Shown here piece by piece: positions 11,301-23,371 of a stretch of 64,000 nt of DNA. This stretch comes from Antedon mediterranea. Taxonomy: Eukaryota > Animalia > Echinodermata. Every line of letters begins with the position of its first letter. Position 1 is the first letter of the stretch. The stretch is from contig NC_092678.1 of NCBI RefSeq assembly GCF_964355755.1, forward strand, positions 4,046,422-4,110,421. Reading direction: 5' to 3'. Below the pieces are notes generated by a model. The model was given only the letters and a program-made list of their open reading frames with translations. It ran no database searches and was not told the DNA's origin. Made by a program: the position numbers and the translations under genes.

Positions 11301-14300
11301 TTGTTAAAGGAACTGAACCAAGTGTTTGTTAGATGACGTTAGTTGAATTGTGTGTATTCCATTTCCACCATTGTTTGCAACTGTCACATGACTCATCCAC
11401 AGACTTTTAGTAGCATTGTCTTTTAGCCTGACGGAATACATTGTATAAAACGCTAGTTTAGTAAATCACATGTTTAGACAACTGTGCCTTCAGTTAAAAA
11501 CCAAATGATGAATTTAAACAGTAAAGCTCTTATCTTTTCACCCTTATTCTGTAACATGCATTGGTACTAAATTAGCCCCTTTAAAGGAGGTTCTTAACAC
11601 AAGTTCATTTTTTTTTCAGTGTCTGTGTTTTATACTTATTTATTTCAAGCTTTTCACCATATCAGCAATGTTCTAACTCCAGCTATATTTTCCATACATT
11701 TTGAAATGTATATTTAACTATTTATTAGTATTTGTTTTTTTTATTTAATATTAACATGTATATTTCTCCACCTTGCAATCATTAAAAAAAATTCTGTTTC
11801 AATAATGGACCTACAATTTGTCACGGCAACAAATTAAAATCTAGTTTAATTGATATTTTTTACTGAGTGTACTTTAACTACAAACTCTTGATCTTCAATA
11901 TAGTATGTTCAAGGAAATGTACAGTACAGCCAACCAGGTAGTGGTCAGCAGCCTACCTCGTTAGGTCAGCAATATGTTGTTGGTCCAGGTATGGTACAGC
12001 AACCGCCAAAAGCAGAAGTCATACAGGTAGTCTATTAATATGGTTGTTTAATTCTATCCTTTGGGAAAATACAGTATTAATAACAAACTTTTTATCAGTA
12101 GAATTGCAGTGTAACAAAAATGACATCTTTAAAATACCCTGAGCAAAGCCCCACAATTAAATGGAGCCTTGAATCTTTATCAATTAAGTTAAAATAATCT
12201 CAGCTCAGTTTTCAATATGTAATGGTAGACTTTCCTTGATCATTGATTTCTATTATTTTCTTATAGATTGAAGCACAACAGACAGGCAAATTTACAGGCA
12301 ATACAGAAAAGGATGCTGCTTATGACAGCCAGGCATCTCTTACTGACGATGGGTACTATACATCCTTCTTTATTAAATAATACATAACAAGTACTCTATA
12401 TGGTGTCTGCTATACTGGACTAAAGAAACCCTCCCCAAAATTTAAATAAAAACAATTCAATGCCAAACACATCAAATTATGTAACTTGTAATTTGTTAAT
12501 TTAATGGGATAGAAATAGGGCGAAAAAAAGGTGGAAGTCTGTCACCAAATGTAGAAACATCTAATATGAAACTTTAAAGGTTTATCAGTAGCATCAATAA
12601 CATTTAATCTATAGTAGTAATTCTATATAGTAATACTTTATAGTAACTCATTTATTTTTCACAGAAGTCAACAGCTTAGTGATAAAGAAAAGAGAGACAA
12701 AAGCAAAGAAGAACGAAAACAAAGGCACAAAAGCTTGAAAAGGACCAAAGATCGTCCACCAAAAGTATCAGTCATATCATTTGATAAAGAAATATTAGAG
12801 TGTGCGTTCACTAATCACAATGGCCAACAAGTAACATTCAGATTTAGTTACGAGGATGACAACCCCGAAGAGATGGCTTTAGATTTTGTGAGTTTGTTGT
12901 TGAATCTTTTTTATTGAGGAAAAATTCTATATTAATGATGCAACTGAATTACTGAAAACTCTGTACGTATTTGTAATTATTGTTATATTTTGTTTTTCTA
13001 GATTAAGGGCGGCATGCTCAATGAAACATACAAGGTTCTTCTGATCGACCAACTCCATAAGATCTGTGAAGAATGCAAACTAAAAGGACCAGCAGCCATC
13101 TCACCACCTGGTGAACTAGAACGACCAGTACCACCATCAAGTCCTAAGTCTGCAGCAACTCAGAATCGGATAGTGGTACCAATTGATATTGATGAGGATA
13201 CTAATGTTCAGGTGAATTTTCTACTACCATGGAATCTTTTTTTAATATTTCATAGATCTTAAGGTCTACTGAACAACATAAGCTTTTTAAAGAACCAATT
13301 TTGTTGTAATCCATATTTCAATAAATTGCACCAAAATAAGACTTACTTTTATATGGCCAAGATGCAACTCTAAAATTAAGTTTTTATGTATATCTTATAT
13401 TTTCTGAATTCACAGACACAAGTAGCTAAGAAGCAGCCAGAAACTGTAATGCCATCTCCTAAAAAAGAGCCGCCAGGTGATTTAGTATCAAGTGCAGAGC
13501 AAAAACAAGGAACTGGTAGTCCCGTTGAGAATACATCAAACGGAAGCACGCCAAGAGATGCCACTGTTACCGACCCCATTTCTGAAGTACACCAAATAGA
13601 TTTGTCATCATCAGCAGGATCTTCAAACTTAAATCCAGCATTTGAGCAAATGGCTAATCAAAAACTAAACTCTGTAGCTGCTTCAGAAGTGCCAATGGTA
13701 TCACAGCAGTATTTTGTTCAGAACACAATTGCCAATCCAGTATCTACAATTGGTAGCAGCGCTTATCAGCATGCTTCATCTCACCAGCCTCAAGGTGCTA
13801 CTGTGATGGTGTCTCAAGGCACTGTTATTGCTCCTCAAGTTGGTTCCATTGTAGTCCAAGGAGGCTGTGCTCCGCCTGGTGGTACAACACAGATGTATAT
13901 TCAGACACAACCACAGGTCATTAACACTGGTCAGATGGATGGACAACAACAAGTTATTTATCATCAGGATGCTGGAGGCCAAGCACAGCCAGGGAGCATT
14001 GTTCTGGCTACGCCTGGCAATGTTATTCACCAAACGCAGTCTGGAAATGTTATTCATCAGGCTCAAGCCGGTAGTATAATTCATCAAGGCCAGCCGGGAG
14101 GTGTTATTCACTCATCTCAACCAAGCGGCGTCATTCACCCTGGCCCACCTACTGTAATCCCATCACAAAGCAATGTCATCCATGTTGCAGCATCTCAGCC
14201 TATGTTTCAGTCTGGGCAAGTTCAGACTGGGCAAGTTCAAGGTTTCCAGCCTCAACAATCAGGTCATCAACAGCAAGTGTTTGCTGTTTACCAACAGCCG

Positions 14301-15035
14301 ACTCCAGTTCAGTCAGTTGCTAGCCAACAAATATATCATGAAAACATGTATCCGTCTCAGCCTGCTCAATCTCAACCTCCTGGTCAAGTGTATCAGCAAA
14401 ACATCCAAGAAGGTTCTAATCAATCCTGGATAGCTAGTCAACCAGGTCAAAGGGTACCAAACCAACAACCAGAAGGCGCTAATCAAACTTGGATAGCTAG
14501 TCAACCAGGTCAAAGGGTACCAAACCAACAACCAGAAGGCGCTAATCAAACTTGGATAGCTGGTCAACCAGGTCAAAGGGTACCAAACCAACAACGAGAA
14601 GGCACTAATCAAACTTGGATAGCTGGTCAACCAGGTCAAAGGGTACCAAACCAACAACCAGAAGGATCAAATCAAACTTGGATAGCTGGTCAACCAGGTC
14701 AAAGGGTACCAAACCAACAACCAGAAGGATCAAATCAAACTTGGATAGCTGGTCAACCAGGTCAAATGGTACCAAACCAACAACCAGAAGGAACTAATCA
14801 AAATTGGACAGCTAGTCAACCAGGCCAAAGAAACCAGCAGTCAGTTAGCCAAAGTCAGGGGAAAGGTGGTGCATCCTTGTTAGATTTGGATGAAAAACTA
14901 ACCAAGGTTTCCAAGAAGCCAGGTAAGGGTGGTTCTGCCTTTGTTCCACCAACCACAGGGGCAATTGGTCAAAACATACCTGGCACTATTCAGCAACCAG
15001 TTTCTAATGTTGCAATGGGTCAATTTACAGGGCAG

Positions 15036-15074
<39 letters not shown>

Positions 15075-17214
15075 ATGTTTCATAATTCAGCTGTGTCTTC
15101 CCAGCAACAGTTTCCAGGTGTACAGACTCCACAATCTGTTCAGAGTACTACAGGAGGCACATACATACAAATGCAATCACAAATGCACCCTCAGCTTGAG
15201 AGGAAGACATCTGATCAAGAAAAGAGAATGCTTTTGAATCAAGCAATGGAACGACATCCAAGTGACCAAACAGGAGTAGTGAAACCCATTGAAAGGACAG
15301 CCTCTGATCATGAACTTAATTCTTCTCCACCTGAACAAGTTTCAAGTTCACAGAATTCTTTCGATAAGGACACACCAGAACAAGTAGCAAAAGAAAAAGC
15401 CAAAGATATTGAGGAAGCTCGCAGACAATCTCTAGAAAATCCACAGGGTGATAATGTTGGTCAATCTAGGTTCTCTGTTAAAAAAGTTGGAGATGGTCAA
15501 ATTACTGATCAATCACATGAAAGCTCAGTTGAAAATGCTAAAACATCAGCTTCTGAAACTGATTTAGAAGGACAAAAACCTGAAAAACCTGTAGTTGTTG
15601 GACGCTTTAAGGTATCTCCAGCTGCTGCTGAAGAAACAAAAGAGAATTCACCAGAAACTGTTAAGGTTGACAAGTCAGATGAAAAAACACCTAGCCCTGA
15701 AACTGATAAAACCAAAACTGTAACAAATGTAGGGCGTTTCCAAGTGCTAAATATTAGCACATCCAAAGAAGATTCACCAGTACCAGATGAAAACCAAGAC
15801 AAAATTGAAAGCATACCAGAAAAGGAACAAACAGCAGTTGAAAGTCTGAAGAAGTTTGATCATGAGCAACACAGGCCTCTACCTGCTGTCAGCCCACAAA
15901 CATCAGTGAATGAATCTGAGAGATCAGACTCTATACCACTTGCAGAGGCTGTATCTTTAACTGCACCATATCCATTTGATCGTAAAAGTAGCATATCTGG
16001 AAGTGAACGAGGAACACCAGATAGCATTACAGCAGAGATGGCACAAGCAACTGTAACCAATGTTAGTCATGTTATACCTTTCCAGGCTGATTCAGGACAA
16101 ATGGGCTTATCACCAGAGACAGCTTCAAGCACTCCAGAACCTACCCAAATAAATTTTGCACAGGTAAGTAGTTTCTACTAAAACTATCTTTTAAACTCTC
16201 TAACCTTGAAATCTCAGATTAACAAGGATTGTCATTAGTGTTTACTGAATAGTAACTTAAATATACACCTTTCATTACAGCCTGGCCAGGTATCCATCGA
16301 TAACAAAATTCTACATATTGTGACCAGGTAAATTTTCCTTTGTATCATATTGATAAGAAAGTAATATTAAAATATATGAAAATTATACTTGATGGACGAA
16401 ATTCTAATTAATTAATTATTATTTTAGACATAATGAAGATCTTGATACTCTGCATAAGAGGTACATGGAGGATAAAGAAAAGTTATTGAAGAGACAAGAC
16501 CAAGAGTTGTGTGAAGTTCTAACTAGCAAAGGTATACCTCCATTTCCACAACTACTTGAGGCACTACGCAAGAGCTTAGCGCCACAAGAACCAAAACCTG
16601 TGCAATTCCAACCATTGCCACAGAACCTTGCAATTGATATGCAGCTACCTGGCCATGGAAGCCCTCCAGTCATCACTGGAAGTTTACCACATCATGTAAT
16701 TCCAACAACACAAGTAGCCGCTTCTCAAGGAGCATTCTTTGTCCCTGTTACTCATTCTGCCATAAACACTACCATGTCACTGACGCATAACCAGGCTTTT
16801 GATAGACCAACCATGCAGTATCCGATGGTGCACATGCCTTCTGGTAATGTACCAAGCACAAATGCAGCTGTTATATTCACCCAGAGTAATACTTCATATC
16901 CGGCTACTGTGCCTATGCAGATGACTCATGAAGTACAACGATCTAATTCATTAGTCCAAGGGGATCTATCTATACAACAAGGTGCACCCGGTCATCATTT
17001 ATCAAATATCGTCGGCATACAGGGTGGTGAAACTTTTGATCAGAGGATAGGCGAACAGCCAGCAGGCCAACAGATACCGCAAATGTTTCAGACTATACAG
17101 CCTGGGCAACCGCAGGCCGGTCAACCACAGCCTGGTCAACAACAGCCTGGTCAACCACAACCTGGTCAACCACAGCCTCAACATACATACAACAGAAGTA
17201 TAAGTGATAGTTAA
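2186..17214 (+). CDS. WNK: WNK-family Ser/Thr kinase, 3' portion (multi-exon; kinase domain upstream of window)
   Basis: Phase-consistent GT-AG exons: 2186-2375, 5323-5489, 7182-7505, 11904-12026, 12267-12352, 12665-12887, 13002-13211, 13416-16163, 16281-16327, 16428-17214 (TAA). WNK hallmarks: end of PF2/CCT domain plus coiled coil (VKSGFLNEEDQKTVARSIRERL), SDSGMG motif, second CCT-like domain (LECAFTNHNGQQVTFRFSYEDDNPEEMALDF), LLDLDEKL helix, three RFxV motifs, C-terminal coiled coil. Confidence 0.92.
5323..5489 (+). CDS. WNK: WNK exon (SDSGMG motif)
   Basis: ttgcag|CT GAA...CCA CAG|gtaata, phase 1 to 0, matching the previous exon. Confidence 0.85.
5738..5776 (+). CDS. Candidate WNK 39-nt microexon
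   Basis: aaacag|ATT CTG...TCC ATG|gtaaca; phase 0-0; ILSADQIDRRCSM; weak pyrimidine tract. Confidence 0.4.
7182..7505 (+). CDS. WNK: WNK exon encoding QQFQQQQT repeats
   Basis: cttttag|CAA ACC...CAA CAG|gtattg; 324 nt, phase 0-0, open frame. Confidence 0.8.
10289..10378 (+). CDS. Candidate WNK cassette exon with GC donor
   Basis: tttttag|AGC ATT...TTC AAG|gcatgt; 90 nt, phase 0-0, open, Pro/Ser-rich (SIYQPEVLGLRSPSPGVSPLHMHPRFPTFK); GC-rich island in an AT-rich intron. Confidence 0.55.
11904..12026 (+). CDS. WNK: WNK exon (Q/P/G-rich)
   Basis: atag|TAT GTT CAA...ATA CAG|gtagtc; 123 nt, phase 0-0. Confidence 0.75.
12267..12352 (+). CDS. WNK: WNK exon
   Basis: ttatag|ATT GAA...GAT GG|gtacta; phase 0 to 2, joins 12665 in frame. 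Confidence 0.8.
12665..12887 (+). CDS. WNK: WNK exon, CCT2-like domain part 1
   Basis: cacag|A AGT...GAT TTT|gtgagt; basic stretch followed by LECAFTNHNGQQVTFRF. Confidence 0.9.
13002..13211 (+). CDS. WNK: WNK exon, CCT2-like domain part 2
   Basis: ttctag|ATT AAG...GTT CAG|gtgaat; 210 nt. Confidence 0.85.
13416..16163 (+). CDS. WNK: WNK large exon (916 codons; disordered, RFxV motifs)
   Basis: cacag|ACA...GCA CAG|gtaagt; RFSV 15468-15479, RFKV 15603-15614, RFQV 15735-15746. Confidence 0.92.
14409..14838 (+). repeat. Coding minisatellite, 63-bp (21-aa) unit, about 6.7 copies
   Basis: EG[S/A/T]NQTWIA[S/G]QPGQRVPNQQP; unit starts at 14409, 14472 and so on. Confidence 0.95.
16281..16327 (+). 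CDS. WNK: WNK small exon
   Basis: ttacag|CCT...ACC AG|gtaaat; phase 0 to 2, needed to keep the last exon in frame. Confidence 0.8.
16428..17214 (+). CDS. WNK: WNK terminal coding exon (C-terminal coiled coil, QPGQP repeats)
   Basis: ttttag|A CAT AAT GAA...TAA; HNEDLDTLHKRYMEDKEKLLKRQDQEL. Confidence 0.88.
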
Positions 17215-18485
17215 GGTCTAACAAGTGTATTTACCAGTTCTTTGTGTACCAGAAAACAAGTATTCTGGTAATTATACCAGAAACCAAGAATCTCTGGTAG
17301 TGATAAATGCTCATTAATGCAATACTTGTTCTCAATGAGTTTTGTGTCGTAGAAGAATGTAATAGAAAAACGACTTTGAAACAATCGTACATTTAACTAT
17401 TATAGATGCTCTGTGCTTTCTGTGAGGTTATGTGGAGAACCTGTATATTCTTCAACTATATATAAAAGGTATTACATGAATACTATACTAAAGCACCTTG
17501 TCAATTACAGTTTGACAAATCTTCCTTATTTGGTAAACCAGCCTCACATAGACCAATCAAGCATCGAACTAGAGCAAGCAACTGTTTTCTTAAACATTTA
17601 AATATTGTAATTATTCTGTATAACAGCACTCTAGTAAATTTATGAAGTCACTGAGCTATAAAACTCATTTACATGCTCCAGAATAAAGTAAAAATAAGTT
17701 TGTTTGTGCAATTTACTCCACTATTTACATGGCATCCATTCCATCAAGGTGTATTAAGAAGCTTTAAGGACATTTTATAACAAAACTTAGTAAATTTAGA
17801 TAGTAACTTCATTCATAGTTAGTTGTTTCATGCTGGTTGTGGTAGATCTCATCTAGTGAAAGACTTAACAATGCATTGAGAGAAAATTCAGTTACAGAAA
17901 TGTAGACAGATAAACAATAAGGATTTTACAATGTGCAAAAAGATTTAGGTTGGTAGACAGACAACATTTTGGTGGTTCAAATTCAGAGTTGTGAGCTTAT
18001 GCATGAGTCAGTTCAGTAAACATTCAATTTACGTTTGGTAGGGCTTACTGTAGTAAAATTCCGTTGAATTGTGTGTATATTTTGGTAAAACAATTATAAC
18101 AATATGAGAGACTGAATAACACATTGGTAAAGAATCTTTTGGAACATTCTCAATGCATGGAGTTTTATAAGTCCATGCTCAATATATCCTTAATTAACAC
18201 ATCATTTAGATAAAGAATGTCCACAAAAGAACTTGGGTGCAATCTTATTTGACGAAACCATAGCTTCTTGACAATTCAGTTCAGCCATCACAATCGAGCA
18301 AAACTATATAAATAATTTAAAAATTAAGTAGCTTCTTAACAACCATTATGTTGAATCTAAGAGTACTATTCTGTTACTGCCATGCAGCAGAACATGTAAA
18401 CCATTGCTAAATCTTACTACTAGTTAAGCATTCTGACAGTTCTAGTTGATTCTCATGGCTTCTGATTATAAAGCTTGTCAACGTG

Positions 18486-18648
18486 TATACCATAAGTATG
18501 CTTTAGGTGGATCCTAGTTAGTACTGACAGCTTACGGTAGTCACTATTCCCTATTGCATATACCATGAGTATATGCTTTAAGTGGATCCTAGTTAGCATT
18601 GACAGCTTCTGATCATCTCCATTGCATATACAATAAGTTATGCTTAGA
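18486..18648. repeat. Degenerate ~70-bp tandem repeat (about 2.3 copies) in the putative WNK 3'UTR
   Basis: tataccat.ag..tatgcttta.gtggatcctagttag at 18486 and 18559; partial copy at 18627. Confidence 0.75.
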
Positions 18649-21213
18649 AGAAAAACAAATGCATTCCTCCACACATCAGTACCCATGTTAACTATGTTTG
18701 TCAGTATGCATTAAAGTCTTGTGTGCCTTTGTACAGATATATCTAAATGTACTTGTTAGTATTAACCATATAGAGTAGAGTTAAGACGAAAAGTTTGCAC
18801 ACTATATTGACGATTTTCGTTTAGTATAAATTTTGATTTTATTTTTTACTAAATTAATATTTAATCATATAAGTAGTTTAGAAAGGTGTTAGAGTAACAT
18901 ACACAAGATGTAGTATATATAAGGAATTAAGTATTGTCAGTAGTTGATTAGAGTTTACCGAAGCAACCATACTGACAAGGTGTTGAGAAAGGGGTGGGGA
19001 AAGGTCCTACTGTGCTTTTGGAGCCTGTTACATTACGGCTTAGCATACAGCATTTTAGGAACCTTGTTTTTGAGATTACACTATAAGAGATGACCTACTA
19101 TGAAGATGTTATGGCATTGTATTTTAGGAGCCTGTTAAGGAAGTATAAGGGTTTACTTACGAAATTTTAGAATCCTGTATGGCATTATAAGGGTTAGACA
19201 TGTAGTTTACTCCATTGTAGGAGCATGCATGCCATTCACAGAGATAGCCTATTGCGGTTCCAGTCATTACCACATGATTACTTGTCTCACTGTTTTCAAT
19301 ATATAGGATCTCAACCAAACATTTTCAAAATCTATTTAATTTCTTCGCATATTTAAAATATTTCTTGCATAAGATAACATCCAATATTGACTATAGCATT
19401 GGGTAAATGTGTAATGAATACATTTAACAAATTTTAAATTATCAACAATATAATCTTTGTCAGGTTTGATGCAATTTCAATGAAACTTTAATAAAAAAAT
19501 TGTGGTTTTTGTCTCAATATTGCATTCAAATATTAAAATTATATAGAAAATACAGTAAACGCAAATTTGAAATGAAGAATGTGCTGTTTCTATGGCAATG
19601 TAATTTTAAGAACATTAAAAGCAGTAGATGGAAATTTGATTGAAATTTCTGTCATGAAAACAGATGAAATATTAAGTGCAAATTGAATTCCTTGTACAAT
19701 TTGAGGGGCTATCAATACAATGCCATCTTAAACTTTAAAATACATGTAAATTTTTGAAATAAATCCAATTTTTTTTTAAAGGAACACTTTGCATATAATA
19801 GGAAGTACATAATTTTATTTTACAATACTTTTTTAAGTTATGGTAATTAGCATTTTAGAACCACTTCCAGGTCATGTCATTGTAAGGACCAAAAAACGCA
19901 TGTGGGCTTTCGGGAGAAAACAGACATGGTATTTTGTCAGTCTCATACTTTTACAGACATGCTATTCCAACTGAGTCTGGTTATGTAGAGTAAGTGTAGA
20001 ATGTATGACAAAACCTAGCATTACAAAACACAGTTTATATAATATTCTGTTTGAAGCCCTATGAGATTGTACAGTGTAAGATATGTATATATTACCTACT
20101 TTTGATTTTCACCGTAGTGAGTTAATGTGCAAAATATTCCATTTTTATTTTTGTGTTTTCATGAATATTTAATTAAGCCAATTACAACATTTGAGAGATA
20201 GTTGATTAATATCGAAATTAAAAACACATTTTTCCTGCCAGTTCATAATATCTGCATGCATTTTTGGGGTACGTTTTTAATTATTCACAATATAATGATA
20301 TAGTAATACTGTGATATCCCCATCTAATGTTATACCTTTACACATACCAAAAAAAAAGAAGATTTAAGGTATACCAAACATAGGTTACTAGCTGCTAATT
20401 AATTCTAACAAAATAAATATTTTATTTTTATAATTGTCTGCGAGTATATAGCATAACAAAATTAGCATTGAATGTAAAAGAAAACATGCTTTGTATATTG
20501 TATGTTGATTGGTCAGTTGGTCTTGTTTGTTTCCATTTAGATATAAGGTATATCGGTAAATTAAGAAAGGCTGTTTTAAAAAGAATTGCAAGTTGAGATT
20601 CATTATTTATTTAAATTTGTGTTTTAGTATCTAATCTAAATTGCATACTAATAAATAAAGTTACAAGGATAGTGTTTAAGCATACCAAATATATTTGGTT
20701 TTTCTTCATTTTTTTGTACTATATATAAATATATTGCACCAAGTGATAAAAAAAATAATAAAAAAATGCAAGGGACATGTCAGAATTACTGCAGTAACTC
20801 TAGATATACAATGTTCATTGTTGTCTAGCACAATATAGTTTTTACATTGTTATAACAGCAATTAAAATAGTCGGTTTGGTTAATATTGTAAAAAAAACAT
20901 CTTTTTGCACAAATGGTGTGTCATAACTTACTTGAACTGCTTTCTTAAAAAGAAACAATGACTAGTCAAGTCTAACAATTAAATATTTCAGCAATGTAGA
21001 TTGTTACATAGGACAATCTCAAGATGCATGTCTGGAAAATGATGCTGGGTTACTGCAGTGATCCTAGTACAACTGCTGACAATTAAATGTTTACTGCAGT
21101 AAGTTTGACATAAAACCTTTGTATGGTATTTTGTTTTACACTAAATATAAATTGTTCAAAATAGTCTTTTTATGGAATATAGATGGTGAAATATGATAAT
21201 TGTATATTATCAG

Positions 21214-21450
21214 AAGCCTGGCCTGCACACGAGTACCTGACCGAGTAAACTGAAAACTATTTATGATGAATACGTTATCCTGCTGTTTTGGTCGTCATTT
21301 AATAATCTGAAATAAATGATCATTTTGATGAACATGTTGTACATGTTTGAAAAGAACCAAAAAAAAAACACCAATTTGTGACGGAGCAAGTAGAGAATGA
21401 AAATTGTGACTCAGTTTACTGGGTCATGAGCTCTTGTGTACGCCAAGCTT
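21214..21450. mobile_element. MITE with ~39-bp imperfect terminal inverted repeats
   Basis: Left end aagcctggcctgcacacgagtacctgaccgagtaaactga; right end reverse-complemented is aagcttggcgtacacaagagctcatgacccagtaaactga. Confidence 0.7.
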
Positions 21451-22918
21451 GGAAATAAATTTAGCAATATAATTGGCTTAAAAATCATAAATCATTTTAC
21501 CGATAAACACATTGGTCTAAAACATATATGAAATGTCTTGTGTTGGATTAAAATCGTCTTTAAAAATTATCCAATTTGAATTTTATGATGCAAATGCACT
21601 GAAACACTATATTTTCAGTTTTGTTGTCTTCCATGGGTTTGCGTAGTTAAGTTTTATTTTGTCTTGACCTTTGACCCTTTAATTGAATATGTAAATTAAG
21701 CTGTCATGTTAATATTATTTATGTAATTAATATGGAAATCAGAAACTTGATATAAAATAGAACTGTTGCTCTTTATGTGCAACTTGCAAATCAATTTCTG
21801 TTGCATTTTCAATAGTTGTGGTATTGTGCAAATTATGATGGAAATAATTTATTGACAATTTTTGAACCCATATTATAATCAAAATCATCATCATAATCAG
21901 CATTATTATCATTGCGTTTTGTAAGGCCACTGTAAACACCATGTGAGCCCTAAACAATGATACCTTTGTATACATAAATATTAATATATATATCATTATT
22001 TTTAAGCATTTGTCATACAATTGTCATAATTATTATCATCGTCATAATGAAACATCTTCATTATTTCATAACCAGTTTCCATATCGCCACTACAATCATA
22101 AAATATCAATATCAGCATATTCGTCGTACTACTGTATTTCTATAATGCTGTCTATAATGAACATAATATTGTTTTCCATAACTCATAATAATGCACTATT
22201 ATAATATCATGCTTGTAATATTCAAATTTTCAGAAGATCAATACATAAATTACCAAACGATTTCCGCCATTCAACATCCAGCAGAAAACATTATTTCAAT
22301 CAAAAAAGTTAAAAATCACTTTGCACTTTCTGATCAATATACTCGTTTTTGTGTAATGCATTCATATGCTTGTTAATACATTTTCCATTTATATGTTTTC
22401 AACTATGTCAGATAGTGGTGTTATATAAGGGTACATTGTTTATTGTTTCAGTAATGCAAACATTGATATACCCATCCAAAGCCTTATTAATAATTGATAT
22501 GAATTAATTTATGATAGTAGTTTTCGTTTTATTCATTGTCTTTGTAATATATTGCATACTGGTAAAAGTTGACTCTAAAAGCTCTAAGATCCAACTGTAT
22601 ATGACTGAATACTTATTAGGATCCTATCGACTTTGGCCTACTGTCCAGGTAATAATGTCGTACCCATAAATAGGATACAGTAGCTACAGGCCTACTAGGG
22701 CCAAACAATGACTTTGACTTGCAGTTAATGCACCCATACTCTGCATGTCTTTAGTATTATAGCATATCTCTGAAATTTTGAATTTAGGGTGTACCCAGAC
22801 ATTTTCCTAATATAGGAATCAAACCCTGTTGTACATTTCCAAGTAACAGAATGTTTAAATGTGTATTTTACCTAATTGTTTTGCAATGAATTTATAATTT
22901 AAATCTTCAAAATTCTCA

Positions 22919-23371
22919 TTAATATCTAAACGACAAGTCTGTTTCAACCAACAACCAAGGATTTTCAAAATCATCTTCTGCTTCTAGACTTGCATAACCC
23001 TCGTTCTTAGCAGCATGTTTTTGAATAGCTCTGAATACCATCATGTAAACGAGTCCGTAAATTACCGTCATCCCAATGTATAAAATCGGGAACACCAAGC
23101 ATGTAATCCAATCAGACTTTGCATAAGTTCCTACCAGAACGAGCATTGCGATACCAATGTTTTTGAACACGGTTTCAAGTGCAATTGTTCGACAACGGTG
23201 TGGTTGTTGTTTGAAGATGTAACCAGTTGCGTATCCGATAGAAAAGCCAGCTATTGGTAGGATCAACACCATGAAATATACGCTCCAAGGACTGTGAATA
23301 ATATCAGTTTGCATCAGTATGTAGAAAAGAGCAAAACTTGAATAGCCAACCAATCCGACCGTTGTGCCAAT
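22919..23371 (-). CDS. SLC10A: SLC10 exon 3
   Basis: ttgcag|ATT GGC...TAA. Confidence 0.85.
   Translation of the reverse strand: MGTTVGLVGYSSFALFYILMQTDIIHSPWSVYFMVLILPIAGFSIGYATGYIFKQQPHRCRTIALETVFKNIGIAMLVLVGTYAKSDWITCLVFPILYIGMTVIYGLVYMMVFRAIQKHAAKNEGYASLEAEDDFENPWLLVETDLSFRY

Noticed and set aside
14409-14838. WIAG repeats as a neuropeptide (W-amide) precursor
   Set aside because: The Gly is not followed by a basic cleavage site, there is no signal peptide, and the repeats are in frame within WNK.
13376-17184. Overlapping antisense and alternate-frame ORFs
   Set aside because: Shadows of long WNK exons and their repeats.
21840-22260. ORFs between WNK and SLC10
   Set aside because: Degenerate ATC/AAT-rich low-complexity sequence.
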